NCBI GenBank assembly: GCA_035450385.1
Contig: DAOTMQ010000002.1
Location: 1 to 37,938 of the forward strand
DNA length: 37,938 bases
Reading direction: 5' to 3'
Origin: Kiritimatiellia bacterium
GTDB taxonomy: Bacteria > Verrucomicrobiota > Kiritimatiellia > RFP12 > UBA1067
Made by a program: the position numbers and the translations under genes
In this document: piece by piece, positions 24,341-33,715 of the stretch
Numbering within the stretch: position 1 is the first letter of the stretch
Layout: each line of letters starts with the position of its first letter
Notes under the pieces: model-generated
Told to the model about the DNA's origin: nothing
What the model saw: only the letters and a program-made list of their open reading frames with translations
The model's database searches: none

Positions 24341-24370
24341 AGTATTGTCTTTTTTGTGACACGATGTCAA
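24341..24370 (-). promoter_or_regulatory. Candidate promoter of the RRM gene (TTGACA-N18-AATACT), implying a ~360-nt leader
   Basis: The -35 element is the complement of 24365-24370 and the -10 is the complement of 24341-24346. It is embedded in a 7-bp inverted repeat, AGTATTG/CAATACT. Confidence 0.3.
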
Positions 24371-24622
24371 TACTGCGAAAAATTATTTTTTTATTTTTTT
24401 GTTTTAACCGCGAATTGCGCGAATTATGCGAAAAAGCACAGCACTGTTTTCGTTTGTTTCGTGTTTTATGGTTAGGAATTGAGCATTGAGCGTCGGTTCA
24501 CTACTTCTTCCCGCTATTAACTATTCACTATCGTCATTCACTCTCTCCTCGACGGATGCGCCCATTTAGACTACCATCTGGAAACAGTTGAATGGTGGTT
24601 CATGCGAAACGGCGGAGGCAGT

Positions 24623-27600
24623 ATGGAGAAAACGTGGGTTCCGGTTGTCTTATTGGCGTGTTTTGTGTGTCAGGCGCTTCGGGCGCAGTCGGGCGCGTGG
24701 GCGGTGGATGCCGATGGCACATGGGCAGATACCGCAAATTGGCTGGATGGTGTGGTGGCGTCCGGTCCTGGGGCGACGGCATTTTTCACAAACTCGGTGA
24801 GTGCGCGGCGTACGGTCGAGGTGACGGCTCCGGTCGACATCGAGGTGTTGCGGTTCGGTTCGCCGAACTATAACAGTTGGCGCTTGACCGGTGACGGGCC
24901 GATCACTCTGGGGGGCGTCGCCAAGCCGCGTATCGGTTCGACAGCCGACCGACGGGTCGAAGTCCTGACGCCGTTGGCGGGGACGAACGGCGTCATCAAG
25001 GAGGCTCTGCCCGGAGATATTGAGTTGGCGGGCGACAACTCGGGCCTTGCGGGTCTGGTCGAGTTACGGAGCTACACGCTGGCGCAGACTATGTCGAAGT
25101 CTGCCGCATCGCCGGCACCGTTAGTGCGTGACTATTTCCCGACCGGTGGCGTGATCATGGCGGGGGGACGCTTGGAGTTGTTGGGCCGCAAGAATGGCAA
25201 CGCCGTTGTCTCGCCGGACTGGACTTTGGTTCAGGATTCGGTACGCGTACAGGCGTCCGCCACCAATGCCACGGTCACCCTCGCTCCAGGACAGCAGGTG
25301 ACGGGCAACGGGATTCCCGCCGGTACGTACATTCGCCAGATTTTGGACGGCTCGAATCTCGTGCTGAGCGCGGCGGCGGAGCAGTCGGGTACCGAGACGC
25401 TGACCTTCGAAGCCGCCGCTTTCCGTTCGGAGCAGCTTTTGCAGCGGGTGCGTGTGGAGAATGGACAAGATTTCCGGATCCATCGCAACGGCGGCAGTTC
25501 GTTCACGGTCGAGGTCGATCGCGTCTACGGGCCCGCCAACTGGGCGCTGAAAAACGGTGACGCGGTGGTCAAGGTGCCGGGGCTGCGTGAGCACCGGGGC
25601 ACCCTGCAGTTGCACAGCGTGGATTTGACGCTGGCGCCCAAGAGTGTTACGCGCCAGCCTGCGGCGGGGCCGGTCTTTCATGTCGATGCCTCGTGCGAGG
25701 ACACGTTGGTCTTCGACGGTGGTGGCAACGAGGTTGTGGAGTGGCACGATGTAAACGGTAATGGCCTTTATGCCAAAGCACCGGGCTTGAAACCGACGCT
25801 GCTGCCGGATGCGCTGAACGGCCGGCCGGTGGTGGATTTCGGTCCCTTCGGCACTAGCCCCTACATGCATTGGTACGACGCGCAGGGCAAGATTGAACTG
25901 ACGTCAATCCGTGCGGTTTTCTGGGTGTTGGGCAGCCAGAACGGCGGCGGGTTTCTGCTGGGCGCGTCGACCACTGCACACTTTCATCGCGGTAATGCCC
26001 CGAACGGCGTGTTCTACCCGATCATGACGTCCTCTCAGCTCTGGGGGCATGATTGGAACACCTATCCGGGCGGCGGACGTGTCGAGACCTACATCGACGG
26101 CATGCGCGCCGGGGCGTCTGCCGCGCTCAACGGCGGTTATCAGGTGATTGCCTGCCAGATCGCCACGAACGTCACGGCCGGCGGGTTCGCCACAGACCGC
26201 AATCACTTCCCAGACCGTCGTGGCGGACAGCGGTTGGCCGAGGTCATCATTTATGACCGCCCGCTGACTGAACTGGAGCGCATCGAGACCGAAGAGTACC
26301 TCATGGCAAAATGGTTTGGTGATACGCGCTGGGATTCAGGCGGCCAAGACCCGGTCGTTAATGATCTGAATGCACAGGGCGTGCGCACGGTAAATACGCC
26401 CGACAGCGGGGTGGCGACGATCGGGCGTCTTTCGGGAGGCGGTAGGCTGGTGAAAAACGGCGGTAGCGATCTGGCCATCGTCGACGCGCAGGAGTATGCC
26501 GGGATGATCGCGCTGAGCGACGGGGGCTTGCGCTTGACTGCCGCGGCCGTGCCCGAAGCACCAGCGGCGGATGCCTATTTCCATGTAGATGCCAGCGTGG
26601 CGGAGTCTTTGACCTTGGACGAAGAGGGGCGAGTATTAGCCTGGCAGGATTGGCGCGGCAACGGGCTCGCGGCTACAGCGATGCCAGACTTCAATGCGCC
26701 TGCTTCATTGGCGCACGCTTTGAATGGACATCCGGTGGTGGATTTCGGGGCGATCGGCTCGCGTCAAGCACTCGCCTGGAATCACACGAACGACGCAATC
26801 CGCGCGGCGTTTGTCGTCTTCCAGAGCCTTTCCGGTAACGCGCAGTTGCTGGGAGGTATGTCGGGACAACCGCAGGACTTCTACCGCAATGGTTCCGGTC
26901 CGCTCTATCGTGATGGCACGGTTGCTGGCGATATGGCTAGCCGTGCGGTGGTCTATGGCGCAAACTATGTGGACGGTTGGCGCGTTGAACCGCTGGTCAC
27001 GCCGCTGCCGTCCAGTTTTTGCGTGGTCAGCGTGATCCCGACAACCCCTGCGCGTGCCAGTGCTTTTGCTCTGGATCGCAGCGTGACCTCCCGCTCGGGC
27101 GGACAGCGCCTGGCCGAAGTGATCCTCTACACGCATACGCTTACGGATCAGGAGCGGCGCGACACCGAAGCCTATCTCATGCGCAAGTGGCTGAATCGCG
27201 CGGCACCGGGTTACGGCGCGCCTGAATTGGCGCAGGTCCCGACGGTCTCGTACGCGGGGGCCGCGCTCCCCGTGCGTGTTGATGGTGACGGTACGGCTGC
27301 TCTGGGCCAGTTGACCGGCAGCGGCACAGTGGTCAAAAGCGGCAGCGGCACATTGACGTTGGGTTGCGGTGCACTGGGATTGATCGGTGCGGTCGAGGTG
27401 GAAGAAGGGGCTGTCTCGGCAGTGGCGCCATCTAGCGCGGCCCCCGCGTCGTTCCCGGTTTTCCATGTGGATGCCACGCAGACCAACCGGATGACATTCG
27501 TGCAGGAGAACGGCACAAATTTCATCACGCGCTGGCCGTCATGCGCGCCTGTCTCCAATGCTGCGGTTGAACGCGCGGGATACCGGCTGCCGTATTTGAT

Positions 27601-29500
27601 CGAGAATGATCTGAACGGCTTGCCGGCTGTTGGGTTCGGCCCGTTCGGTAGCACGGGGGGCTGCTTGAGGTGGGAGACCGCCGTGAGGACCATCCGGTCA
27701 GTTTTCGTCGTGCTCGGAAGTCAGGAGGGCGGCGCGTATGTGTTGGGCGGAACCGGCACAGCGCATTTCCACCGCGGTGTCCGCCGTAACAATACATTCC
27801 TGCCGGTCACCAAAGACAATGCGCTCTATGGCTATGACGTCTCGCCAAACGTCCTCAACGGGATGACCTATCTGGATGGCGCACGCGTAGCGAGTCCGAC
27901 TGTGCAAGCGCTCTCGGGCGGGTATCAAGTGATTGAGGCGATGACGCTCGATGTGGTGACCGCCGATCTGTTCGGTGGCGACCGGGCATTCACTGATCGG
28001 GCGGGCGGTTTGCGTTTGGCGGAGGTGATTGTGTACGATCGGCCGCTGACTGAGTTCGAGCGTGTGCAGACAGAAAACTACCTGATGGCCAAGTGGTTCG
28101 ACAGACAGCCGCTGGGTGCGGGGCTCGGCACGGTCAGACTCACGGACGGGACGGGTGTCCAAGCCGAAGGTTCGCCGGTCACACTCAACCGCTTGGTCGG
28201 CGAGGCGGCGGTCGTCAAGACCGGCGATGACATGCTGACGCTCCGCGATACCACCGCCTTCACGGGTACGGTGGAGGTGACTGCCGGCACCCTGAATCTG
28301 GCAGTGCCGGCCGCGCCGCTCGCGCCGCCTGCGGGTACGCTCTTTTGGGTGGACGCCGCCACACCCGGCACGATTGATGCCGACGAGGCTGGCGGTGTGA
28401 TCGAGTGGCGCGATGTCACCGGCAACGGCCGCCACGCGCGCCCGCGTGCAGGGCGTAGCGCCCCGACGCTGACAGGCAATAAAGTCGCCGGATTGCCGGT
28501 GGTGGACATGGGGCCCTACGGTATCGCCGGTGGCACCGGCATGTTATGGAATGAGCGGATCACCGGCATGCGGACGGTCGCATGGGTGCTCGACAGCCAG
28601 ACGAGCGGCGGTTATCTGCTGGGCGCGACGAACGCCACTACCTTCCATCGCGGGCCGCCGCCGGAAGGCGGGGAGATCAATGTCACAAATTTCACCCACC
28701 GTAATTTCATGCTTTCAAAGAAGTGGGGTGCCGTCATGCCGACTGCCACGTATACGAACGGGGTGTCGGTCGACCCGGATGTAACCCCGTTGTCAGGCGG
28801 CTATCAAATCATCGTGATGACGTGGAACGGTGGCACCTATGCAGACGGTTTTGCGTTTGACCGTCTGATGGGCGACCGCTACGGAGGCCAGCGGCTGGCG
28901 GAGTTTTTGGTGTATGACCACGTCATCACCGAACAGGAACGGTTGGATTTGGAAGCTTACCTGAATCAAAAATGGTTCCGCGTGCAGACAGCAGGTTATG
29001 AGCGTCCGGTGACGCATACCGGTGTGATCCTGCATGAGGGCGCGGCGTTGACGATGGACGGCGGCGAGCAGTCGGTCACCACCCTGTCCGGGGCGGGCGC
29101 GGTGTCGAACGGTACGCTTGTGGTGACGGAACGCTTGAGCCCAGGGATTGCTGCGGGGGCATGCGCTACGCTCGCTGTCGACGGCAATCTGACACTGGGT
29201 GCTGGTGTTGAGTGCGTGATTGATGTGGATGCGCTAAATGCGGACGCGATCACCGTGAGCGGCGGACTGTCCTTGGCGGGTACCGGCACAGTCGCGGTGC
29301 GGTCGTCGGTTCCGGCGAATGTCCTGCTGGGAATTGGCAGCATTCCTGTATTCGCCTTCGATGTTTTGGATGGCGCGCAACACCTGTCCGCATGGAGCGT
29401 TACAGGAGTGCCGCCGGGCTACAGTGCCCGGTTGCTCGTGGAAGGACAGACCGTCCGCTTGGCCTTCGCCGCAGACGGCACGCTGATCTTGGTGCGTTAA
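24623..29500 (+). CDS. Giant secreted protein with autotransporter-associated beta-strand (PATR)-like repeats alternating with four LamG/concanavalin-like modules
   Basis: GGAGG lies 4 nt before the ATG at 24623. Signal peptide MEKTWVPVVLLACFVCQALRAQS. The four ~215-aa modules each start (P/Y/L)(V/F)(F/H)(H/W)VDA and end GGQRLAE(V/F)(I/L)(I/V/L)Y...(T)E.ER...E.YL..KW. Confidence 0.8.
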   Translation: MEKTWVPVVLLACFVCQALRAQSGAWAVDADGTWADTANWLDGVVASGPGATAFFTNSVSARRTVEVTAPVDIEVLRFGSPNYNSWRLTGDGPITLGGVAKPRIGSTADRRVEVLTPLAGTNGVIKEALPGDIELAGDNSGLAGLVELRSYTLAQTMSKSAASPAPLVRDYFPTGGVIMAGGRLELLGRKNGNAVVSPDWTLVQDSVRVQASATNATVTLAPGQQVTGNGIPAGTYIRQILDGSNLVLSAAAEQSGTETLTFEAAAFRSEQLLQRVRVENGQDFRIHRNGGSSFTVEVDRVYGPANWALKNGDAVVKVPGLREHRGTLQLHSVDLTLAPKSVTRQPAAGPVFHVDASCEDTLVFDGGGNEVVEWHDVNGNGLYAKAPGLKPTLLPDALNGRPVVDFGPFGTSPYMHWYDAQGKIELTSIRAVFWVLGSQNGGGFLLGASTTAHFHRGNAPNGVFYPIMTSSQLWGHDWNTYPGGGRVETYIDGMRAGASAALNGGYQVIACQIATNVTAGGFATDRNHFPDRRGGQRLAEVIIYDRPLTELERIETEEYLMAKWFGDTRWDSGGQDPVVNDLNAQGVRTVNTPDSGVATIGRLSGGGRLVKNGGSDLAIVDAQEYAGMIALSDGGLRLTAAAVPEAPAADAYFHVDASVAESLTLDEEGRVLAWQDWRGNGLAATAMPDFNAPASLAHALNGHPVVDFGAIGSRQALAWNHTNDAIRAAFVVFQSLSGNAQLLGGMSGQPQDFYRNGSGPLYRDGTVAGDMASRAVVYGANYVDGWRVEPLVTPLPSSFCVVSVIPTTPARASAFALDRSVTSRSGGQRLAEVILYTHTLTDQERRDTEAYLMRKWLNRAAPGYGAPELAQVPTVSYAGAALPVRVDGDGTAALGQLTGSGTVVKSGSGTLTLGCGALGLIGAVEVEEGAVSAVAPSSAAPASFPVFHVDATQTNRMTFVQENGTNFITRWPSCAPVSNAAVERAGYRLPYLIENDLNGLPAVGFGPFGSTGGCLRWETAVRTIRSVFVVLGSQEGGAYVLGGTGTAHFHRGVRRNNTFLPVTKDNALYGYDVSPNVLNGMTYLDGARVASPTVQALSGGYQVIEAMTLDVVTADLFGGDRAFTDRAGGLRLAEVIVYDRPLTEFERVQTENYLMAKWFDRQPLGAGLGTVRLTDGTGVQAEGSPVTLNRLVGEAAVVKTGDDMLTLRDTTAFTGTVEVTAGTLNLAVPAAPLAPPAGTLFWVDAATPGTIDADEAGGVIEWRDVTGNGRHARPRAGRSAPTLTGNKVAGLPVVDMGPYGIAGGTGMLWNERITGMRTVAWVLDSQTSGGYLLGATNATTFHRGPPPEGGEINVTNFTHRNFMLSKKWGAVMPTATYTNGVSVDPDVTPLSGGYQIIVMTWNGGTYADGFAFDRLMGDRYGGQRLAEFLVYDHVITEQERLDLEAYLNQKWFRVQTAGYERPVTHTGVILHEGAALTMDGGEQSVTTLSGAGAVSNGTLVVTERLSPGIAAGACATLAVDGNLTLGAGVECVIDVDALNADAITVSGGLSLAGTGTVAVRSSVPANVLLGIGSIPVFAFDVLDGAQHLSAWSVTGVPPGYSARLLVEGQTVRLAFAADGTLILVR

Positions 29501-29502
29501 GT

Positions 29503-29686
29503 CTGCGATTCAGACAGTGGGGAAGCGGGCGGGGATTGCGCGTCTGGTTGACAGGTAGTCGGCGTCAAGGACAGCAAGTGTTAGCGGGGTGTTGAGCGAC
29601 GGAATGCCCCGGCCGGGGACGTCCGTCACCCGGTGTCCGTTTTCCCTGTTTTTTTTTCAAAAAAATGTCCACTGTCTGAATCGCAG
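29503..29686. repeat. Perfect 18-bp inverted repeat (CTGCGATTCAGACAGTGG / CCACTGTCTGAATCGCAG) enclosing 148 nt
   Basis: The arms lie at 29503-29520 and 29669-29686. The interior holds the CCCCGGCCGGGG palindrome and a T9/A7 tract (29651-29666) that may terminate the giant gene. Confidence 0.55.
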
Positions 29687-29825
29687 CGAAGGAGCTTCGG
29701 CACTTGCATGGACAGCCAAGGTTGCGTTATACTGGATCTCAATGGGCAGAGGCGTTCCTTTGCGGCGTGTTCGGGGGAAACGGAATGGTGCCGGACGCCG
29801 ATGCGCCAGCAGATGGTAGTATGTC

Positions 29826-30635
29826 ATGATGATTGATAAAGATAATCAGGGAGCCGCAACCGCCACCGTGACGGTGGGCGATGTCGTTTTTGGTGGTCAG
29901 CGATTGGTGCTGATCGCCGGTCCTTGCACAGTGGAGGATCGGACGCAGATGATTGAAATCGCTTGTGCCGTGAAGGAGGCGGGCGCGGTGATGTTGCGGG
30001 GCGGGGCTTTCAAGCCGCGCTCATCGCCCTACGCTTTTCAAGGCCTGTGTGAGGAGGGTCTCGAGATTCTGGCGGAAGCGCGCGAGCGCACCGGGCTGCC
30101 GGTCGTGACGGAAGTCCTGGAATCCTCACAGTTGCCGATCGTCGCGGCGGTGGCGGACATGTTGCAGATCGGCTCGCGCAACATGCACAACTCTGTCCTG
30201 CTGCGCGATGCCGGTGCCAGCGGCAAGCCTGTGCTGCTCAAACGCGGCATGAGCGCTACGATCCAGGAGTATCTGTATGCGGCGGAGTATGTCTTGAGCG
30301 CGGGCGGGCGACATGTGGTGCTCTGCGAGCGCGGCATCCGCACGTTCGAGACCGCGACGCGGTTCACGCTTGATCTAAGCGTCGTGCCGCTGCTGAAGGA
30401 GCAGACTTGGTTGCCGGTGATCGCGGACCCGAGCCACGGAACGGGCAAGGCATCGCTGGTGCCGCCCATGGCCCGCGCGGCGGTGGCCTGCGGCGCGGAC
30501 GGCTTGATCATGGAGGTCCACCCCTTTCCGAATCGCGCGCTGTGCGATGGCGACCAGAGCGTGACGCCGGAAATGTATAGCAACTTGGTCAAAGAACTGC
30601 GGGCGATCGCCCAGGTGGTGGGGCGGGAAGTTTAG
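29826..30635 (+). CDS. 3-deoxy-7-phosphoheptulonate (DAHP) synthase, class I-beta, unfused
   Basis: [20 protein letters not shown]...[18 protein letters not shown]...ADPSHGTG is the class I-beta DAHPS/KDO8PS-like signature. Confidence 0.85.
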   Translation: MMIDKDNQGAATATVTVGDVVFGGQRLVLIAGPCTVEDRTQMIEIACAVKEAGAVMLRGGAFKPRSSPYAFQGLCEEGLEILAEARERTGLPVVTEVLESSQLPIVAAVADMLQIGSRNMHNSVLLRDAGASGKPVLLKRGMSATIQEYLYAAEYVLSAGGRHVVLCERGIRTFETATRFTLDLSVVPLLKEQTWLPVIADPSHGTGKASLVPPMARAAVACGADGLIMEVHPFPNRALCDGDQSVTPEMYSNLVKELRAIAQVVGREV

Positions 30636-30747
30636 CTGTCGGATGCGCTCTGCGCCGCCGAGCGGTTCTCGACTGGCGCGGGCCGGAAAACGCAAACGGA
30701 AACGAGAGGCCGGAGGCGGTAAGCCGCCGGAGAGTTGAGGAGACGGG

Positions 30748-32649
30748 ATGAAGCGAGTAGTGGCGGTGGTGGTGATCGGTGCCGCAGTGTGTGCGGGGGC
30801 GGCTTCGTATGTCTCGCCCGAATGTCTGGCCGTGGCACCGGACGGCAGACGTGCCTATGTGACATCGGCGACCGGCGGTCGTCTGCTGGTGATGGACCTC
30901 GATAACGCCAAGGTCACGGGCGAGTGGCTGCTCAAGAATAAAACGGAGCGACCGAGTGGTTTTTGGTCTTCAATTTTCGGTGGTGGCGCGGCGAGATCAG
31001 CAGATCCGAGCGGTGTCGCCGTGGCACCGGACGGAACGGTTTTCGTGACCGGCGGCGGGGCGGGGGGGTTCGTGCAGAAATTTACGGCGGACGGCACACC
31101 GGCTGTGCAGGCGGCAGCCGGCCACACGCCACTCGCGCCGGTCGTGAGCCCTGATGGTTCCACGCTTTACGTACCCTGCCGTTTCGACTCCTGTGTCAGG
31201 GTGTTCGACGCCCGCACGCTGAGTGTCAAGGCGACGGTACCGGTGCAGCGCGATCCGGTTGCAGCGGCGCTCGGCGCAGGTGGTCGTCTGCTGTTTGTGG
31301 CGAACATGCTGCCGTTCTGCCCCGCCACCAATGCGGTTGTTGCGGCATCGGTTAGTGTGATCGACACCTCTGCGGACTACGCCGTGAAGCATGTGATGCT
31401 GCCCAACGGTTCGACCGGCGTGCGCGGTGTCGGCGCATCGCCGGACGGCAAACAGATCTATGTCACCCACACCTTCGGTCGCTACCAACTCCCGACGACT
31501 CAACTCGAGCGCGGCTGGATGAATACGGCGGGGCTCAGCGTCTTTAACGGCGAGACGGGCGCGTATGTCAACACGGCGCTCTTGGATGATGTGGATCTCG
31601 GCGCGGCGAACCCTTGGGGCGTGGCGGTCTCTCCAGATGGCAAGCAGTTGGTGGTGGCGCACGCCGGTACACGTGAACTGAGCGTGATCGACCGTGCTGC
31701 GTTCCATGCGCGTCTGGACAAGGCGGCGCGCAACGAGAAGGTCACCGAGGTGACGAAGTCGGCGACCGACGTGCCGAACGATCTCTCGTTCCTCGTCTCC
31801 GTGCGCCGCCGCGTGAAACTGGACGGCGACGGCCCCCGCGGCGTGATGGTGGTCGGCAACACCGTTTACACGGCGCTCTATTTCGCGGACACGCTGGCGG
31901 TCTTATCGCTGAATGACGCGACCGCAGGACCGACAACGGTCGCGCTGGGCGCACCGGTCGATCTCAGTAAGGATCGCGTGCGGCGCGGCGAGATGTTGTG
32001 GAACGACGGCACCATGTGTTTCCAGCACTGGCAGAGTTGTGCGAGCTGCCACCCCGAAGGCCGCATGGACGCGCTCAACTGGGATTTGCTGAATGACGGC
32101 ATCGGGAATCCCAAGCAAAGCAAGAGCCTGATCTACACCCACCTGACCCCGCCGACCATGGTGACCGGTATTCGCCCGGACCTTCAGGCCTGCAACCGCA
32201 AGGGGATCACGCACATTCAGTTTTTGGTGCGCCCGGAGGAGGACGCGCTCTGTCTGGACGCCTACACGATGTCCCTCAAACCGGAAATGAGCCCCTACCG
32301 CGTCAACGGCGAACTCTCGGCCAAGGCGAAACGGGGCGAGCGGCTGTTCAAGCGCGCCGGTTGCGCGGAGTGCCACCCCGGCGACAAGGTCGGGCCGCAG
32401 GGGGAGCGCCTCTATACCAATCTCAAAAAGTATAACCTCGGGCTGGGGATCGGCAATGAAGAGGGGCGTGAATTCGACACTCCCACGTTGATCGAGGTGT
32501 GGCGCACGGCACCGTATCTGTACGATGGCCGGGCATTGACCATGCAGGAACTTCTGAAGGGGTGCAATCCGCAGGACAAGCATGGCACGACACAAAACTT
32601 GACCGACGAAGAGGTTGATGCGTTAGCGGAGTTTGTGCTATCTCTTTGA
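30748..32649 (+). CDS. Secreted beta-propeller (YVTN/YncE-type repeats) fused to a di-haem cytochrome c peroxidase/MauG-family domain
   Basis: It has a signal peptide. Repeated (V)SPDG(K)x(L/I)YV blades form the propeller. There are two CxxCH motifs: CASCH at 32038-32052 and CAECH at 32362-32376. FDTPTLIEVWRTAPYLYDG is the CCP-family C-terminal motif. Confidence 0.8.
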   Translation: MKRVVAVVVIGAAVCAGAASYVSPECLAVAPDGRRAYVTSATGGRLLVMDLDNAKVTGEWLLKNKTERPSGFWSSIFGGGAARSADPSGVAVAPDGTVFVTGGGAGGFVQKFTADGTPAVQAAAGHTPLAPVVSPDGSTLYVPCRFDSCVRVFDARTLSVKATVPVQRDPVAAALGAGGRLLFVANMLPFCPATNAVVAASVSVIDTSADYAVKHVMLPNGSTGVRGVGASPDGKQIYVTHTFGRYQLPTTQLERGWMNTAGLSVFNGETGAYVNTALLDDVDLGAANPWGVAVSPDGKQLVVAHAGTRELSVIDRAAFHARLDKAARNEKVTEVTKSATDVPNDLSFLVSVRRRVKLDGDGPRGVMVVGNTVYTALYFADTLAVLSLNDATAGPTTVALGAPVDLSKDRVRRGEMLWNDGTMCFQHWQSCASCHPEGRMDALNWDLLNDGIGNPKQSKSLIYTHLTPPTMVTGIRPDLQACNRKGITHIQFLVRPEEDALCLDAYTMSLKPEMSPYRVNGELSAKAKRGERLFKRAGCAECHPGDKVGPQGERLYTNLKKYNLGLGIGNEEGREFDTPTLIEVWRTAPYLYDGRALTMQELLKGCNPQDKHGTTQNLTDEEVDALAEFVLSL

Positions 32650-32686
32650 GGACGACAGACGGTATCTAGACAAAAAAAGGGATCGT

Positions 32687-33715
32687 ATGCGGAGACTTTT
32701 TTACGGCGGTGTGGCGCGACACCAAGAGATGGGAGTTTGGACGGTTGACCGCGGTGTGCCGCAGGTTGTGCGCGGACGTACGATTTCGCAGACCGGTTGG
32801 GCTAGCCGTGAGCAGTTGTTGCAGGCATCGGTCGGTGCGAAGGATCCATCAGTCCCGCAACTCTGGCTATGTGGCGGCAGCGGCGAATTGCCACCGGTCT
32901 ACCAGCGGTATGTGGCGAGCGGCGCGGAAATGCGGCTCATCCGGCGTCACGGGTGTGTCGTTGGGACGGCTTATCATGACGACTTTGCCGAGTATTGCCT
33001 GCTTACCGGTGTACTGCCGCCCGATCTGACCGCGTCGCGCGAGGCGCAAACGACGGCGGTTTTCGAGGGCATCGAGGACGCGCTCGCGGATGCCGGCATG
33101 ACCTTTGCGAACGTCGTGCGCACATGGCTCTACATGGATAACATCCTTGACTGGTACGATCCTTTCAATCGCGCGCGCGATGCGTTTTTCCGGTCGCGCG
33201 CGGTTTATGATGGGCTTGTGCCCGCGAGCACCGGTATCGGCAGCGCCAACCTGTACCGCTCAGCGATCACCGCCTGTGCCATCGCGATCAAACCGAGGCA
33301 GCCCAGTGCGGTAACAATAGAGCCGATCCCCTCGCCCTTGCAGTGCGCGGCGCTGGAGTACGGCAGTTCGTTCAGCCGGGCGGTGGAGATCGGGACGCCG
33401 GAGTGCCGCACGCTGATGGTGTCCGGTACGGCCAGCATCGAACCGGGCGGCGCGACGGCCCATGTGGATGACGTGCCGCGCCAGATCCAACTGACGATGG
33501 ATGTGATCGAAGCGATTCTGGCGTCGCGCGGCATGGGCTGGCGCAACGTGACGCGTGCGATCATGTACCTGAAGAAGGCCGCCTACATGCCAGAGTGGCA
33601 GGAGTGGTTGCGTACACGCTGTCTGGAGCGTCTGCCGCTTATCACGATCGAGGCGGATGTCTGTCGCGACGACTTGCTCGTGGAAGTTGAAGTCGACGCG
33701 ATAAAACGGGCGTGA
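32687..33715 (+). CDS. Tandem RidA/YjgF-fold protein resembling FkbO/Hyg5/XanB2-type chorismatases
   Basis: VRTWLYMDNILDWYDPFNRARDAFF, VPASTGIGS, SFSRAVEI, LMVSGTASIEPGGATAHVDD...Q and ADVCRDDLLVEVEV match my recollection of chorismatase conserved blocks. The assignment has not been verified by search. Confidence 0.55.
   Translation: MRRLFYGGVARHQEMGVWTVDRGVPQVVRGRTISQTGWASREQLLQASVGAKDPSVPQLWLCGGSGELPPVYQRYVASGAEMRLIRRHGCVVGTAYHDDFAEYCLLTGVLPPDLTASREAQTTAVFEGIEDALADAGMTFANVVRTWLYMDNILDWYDPFNRARDAFFRSRAVYDGLVPASTGIGSANLYRSAITACAIAIKPRQPSAVTIEPIPSPLQCAALEYGSSFSRAVEIGTPECRTLMVSGTASIEPGGATAHVDDVPRQIQLTMDVIEAILASRGMGWRNVTRAIMYLKKAAYMPEWQEWLRTRCLERLPLITIEADVCRDDLLVEVEVDAIKRA

Noticed and set aside
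29633-29836. 67-aa ORF in the giant-gene / DAHP-synthase spacer
   Set aside because: It has no RBS, it overlaps the T9/A7 tract and the right arm of the 18-bp inverted repeat, and its composition is unlike the neighbouring genes.
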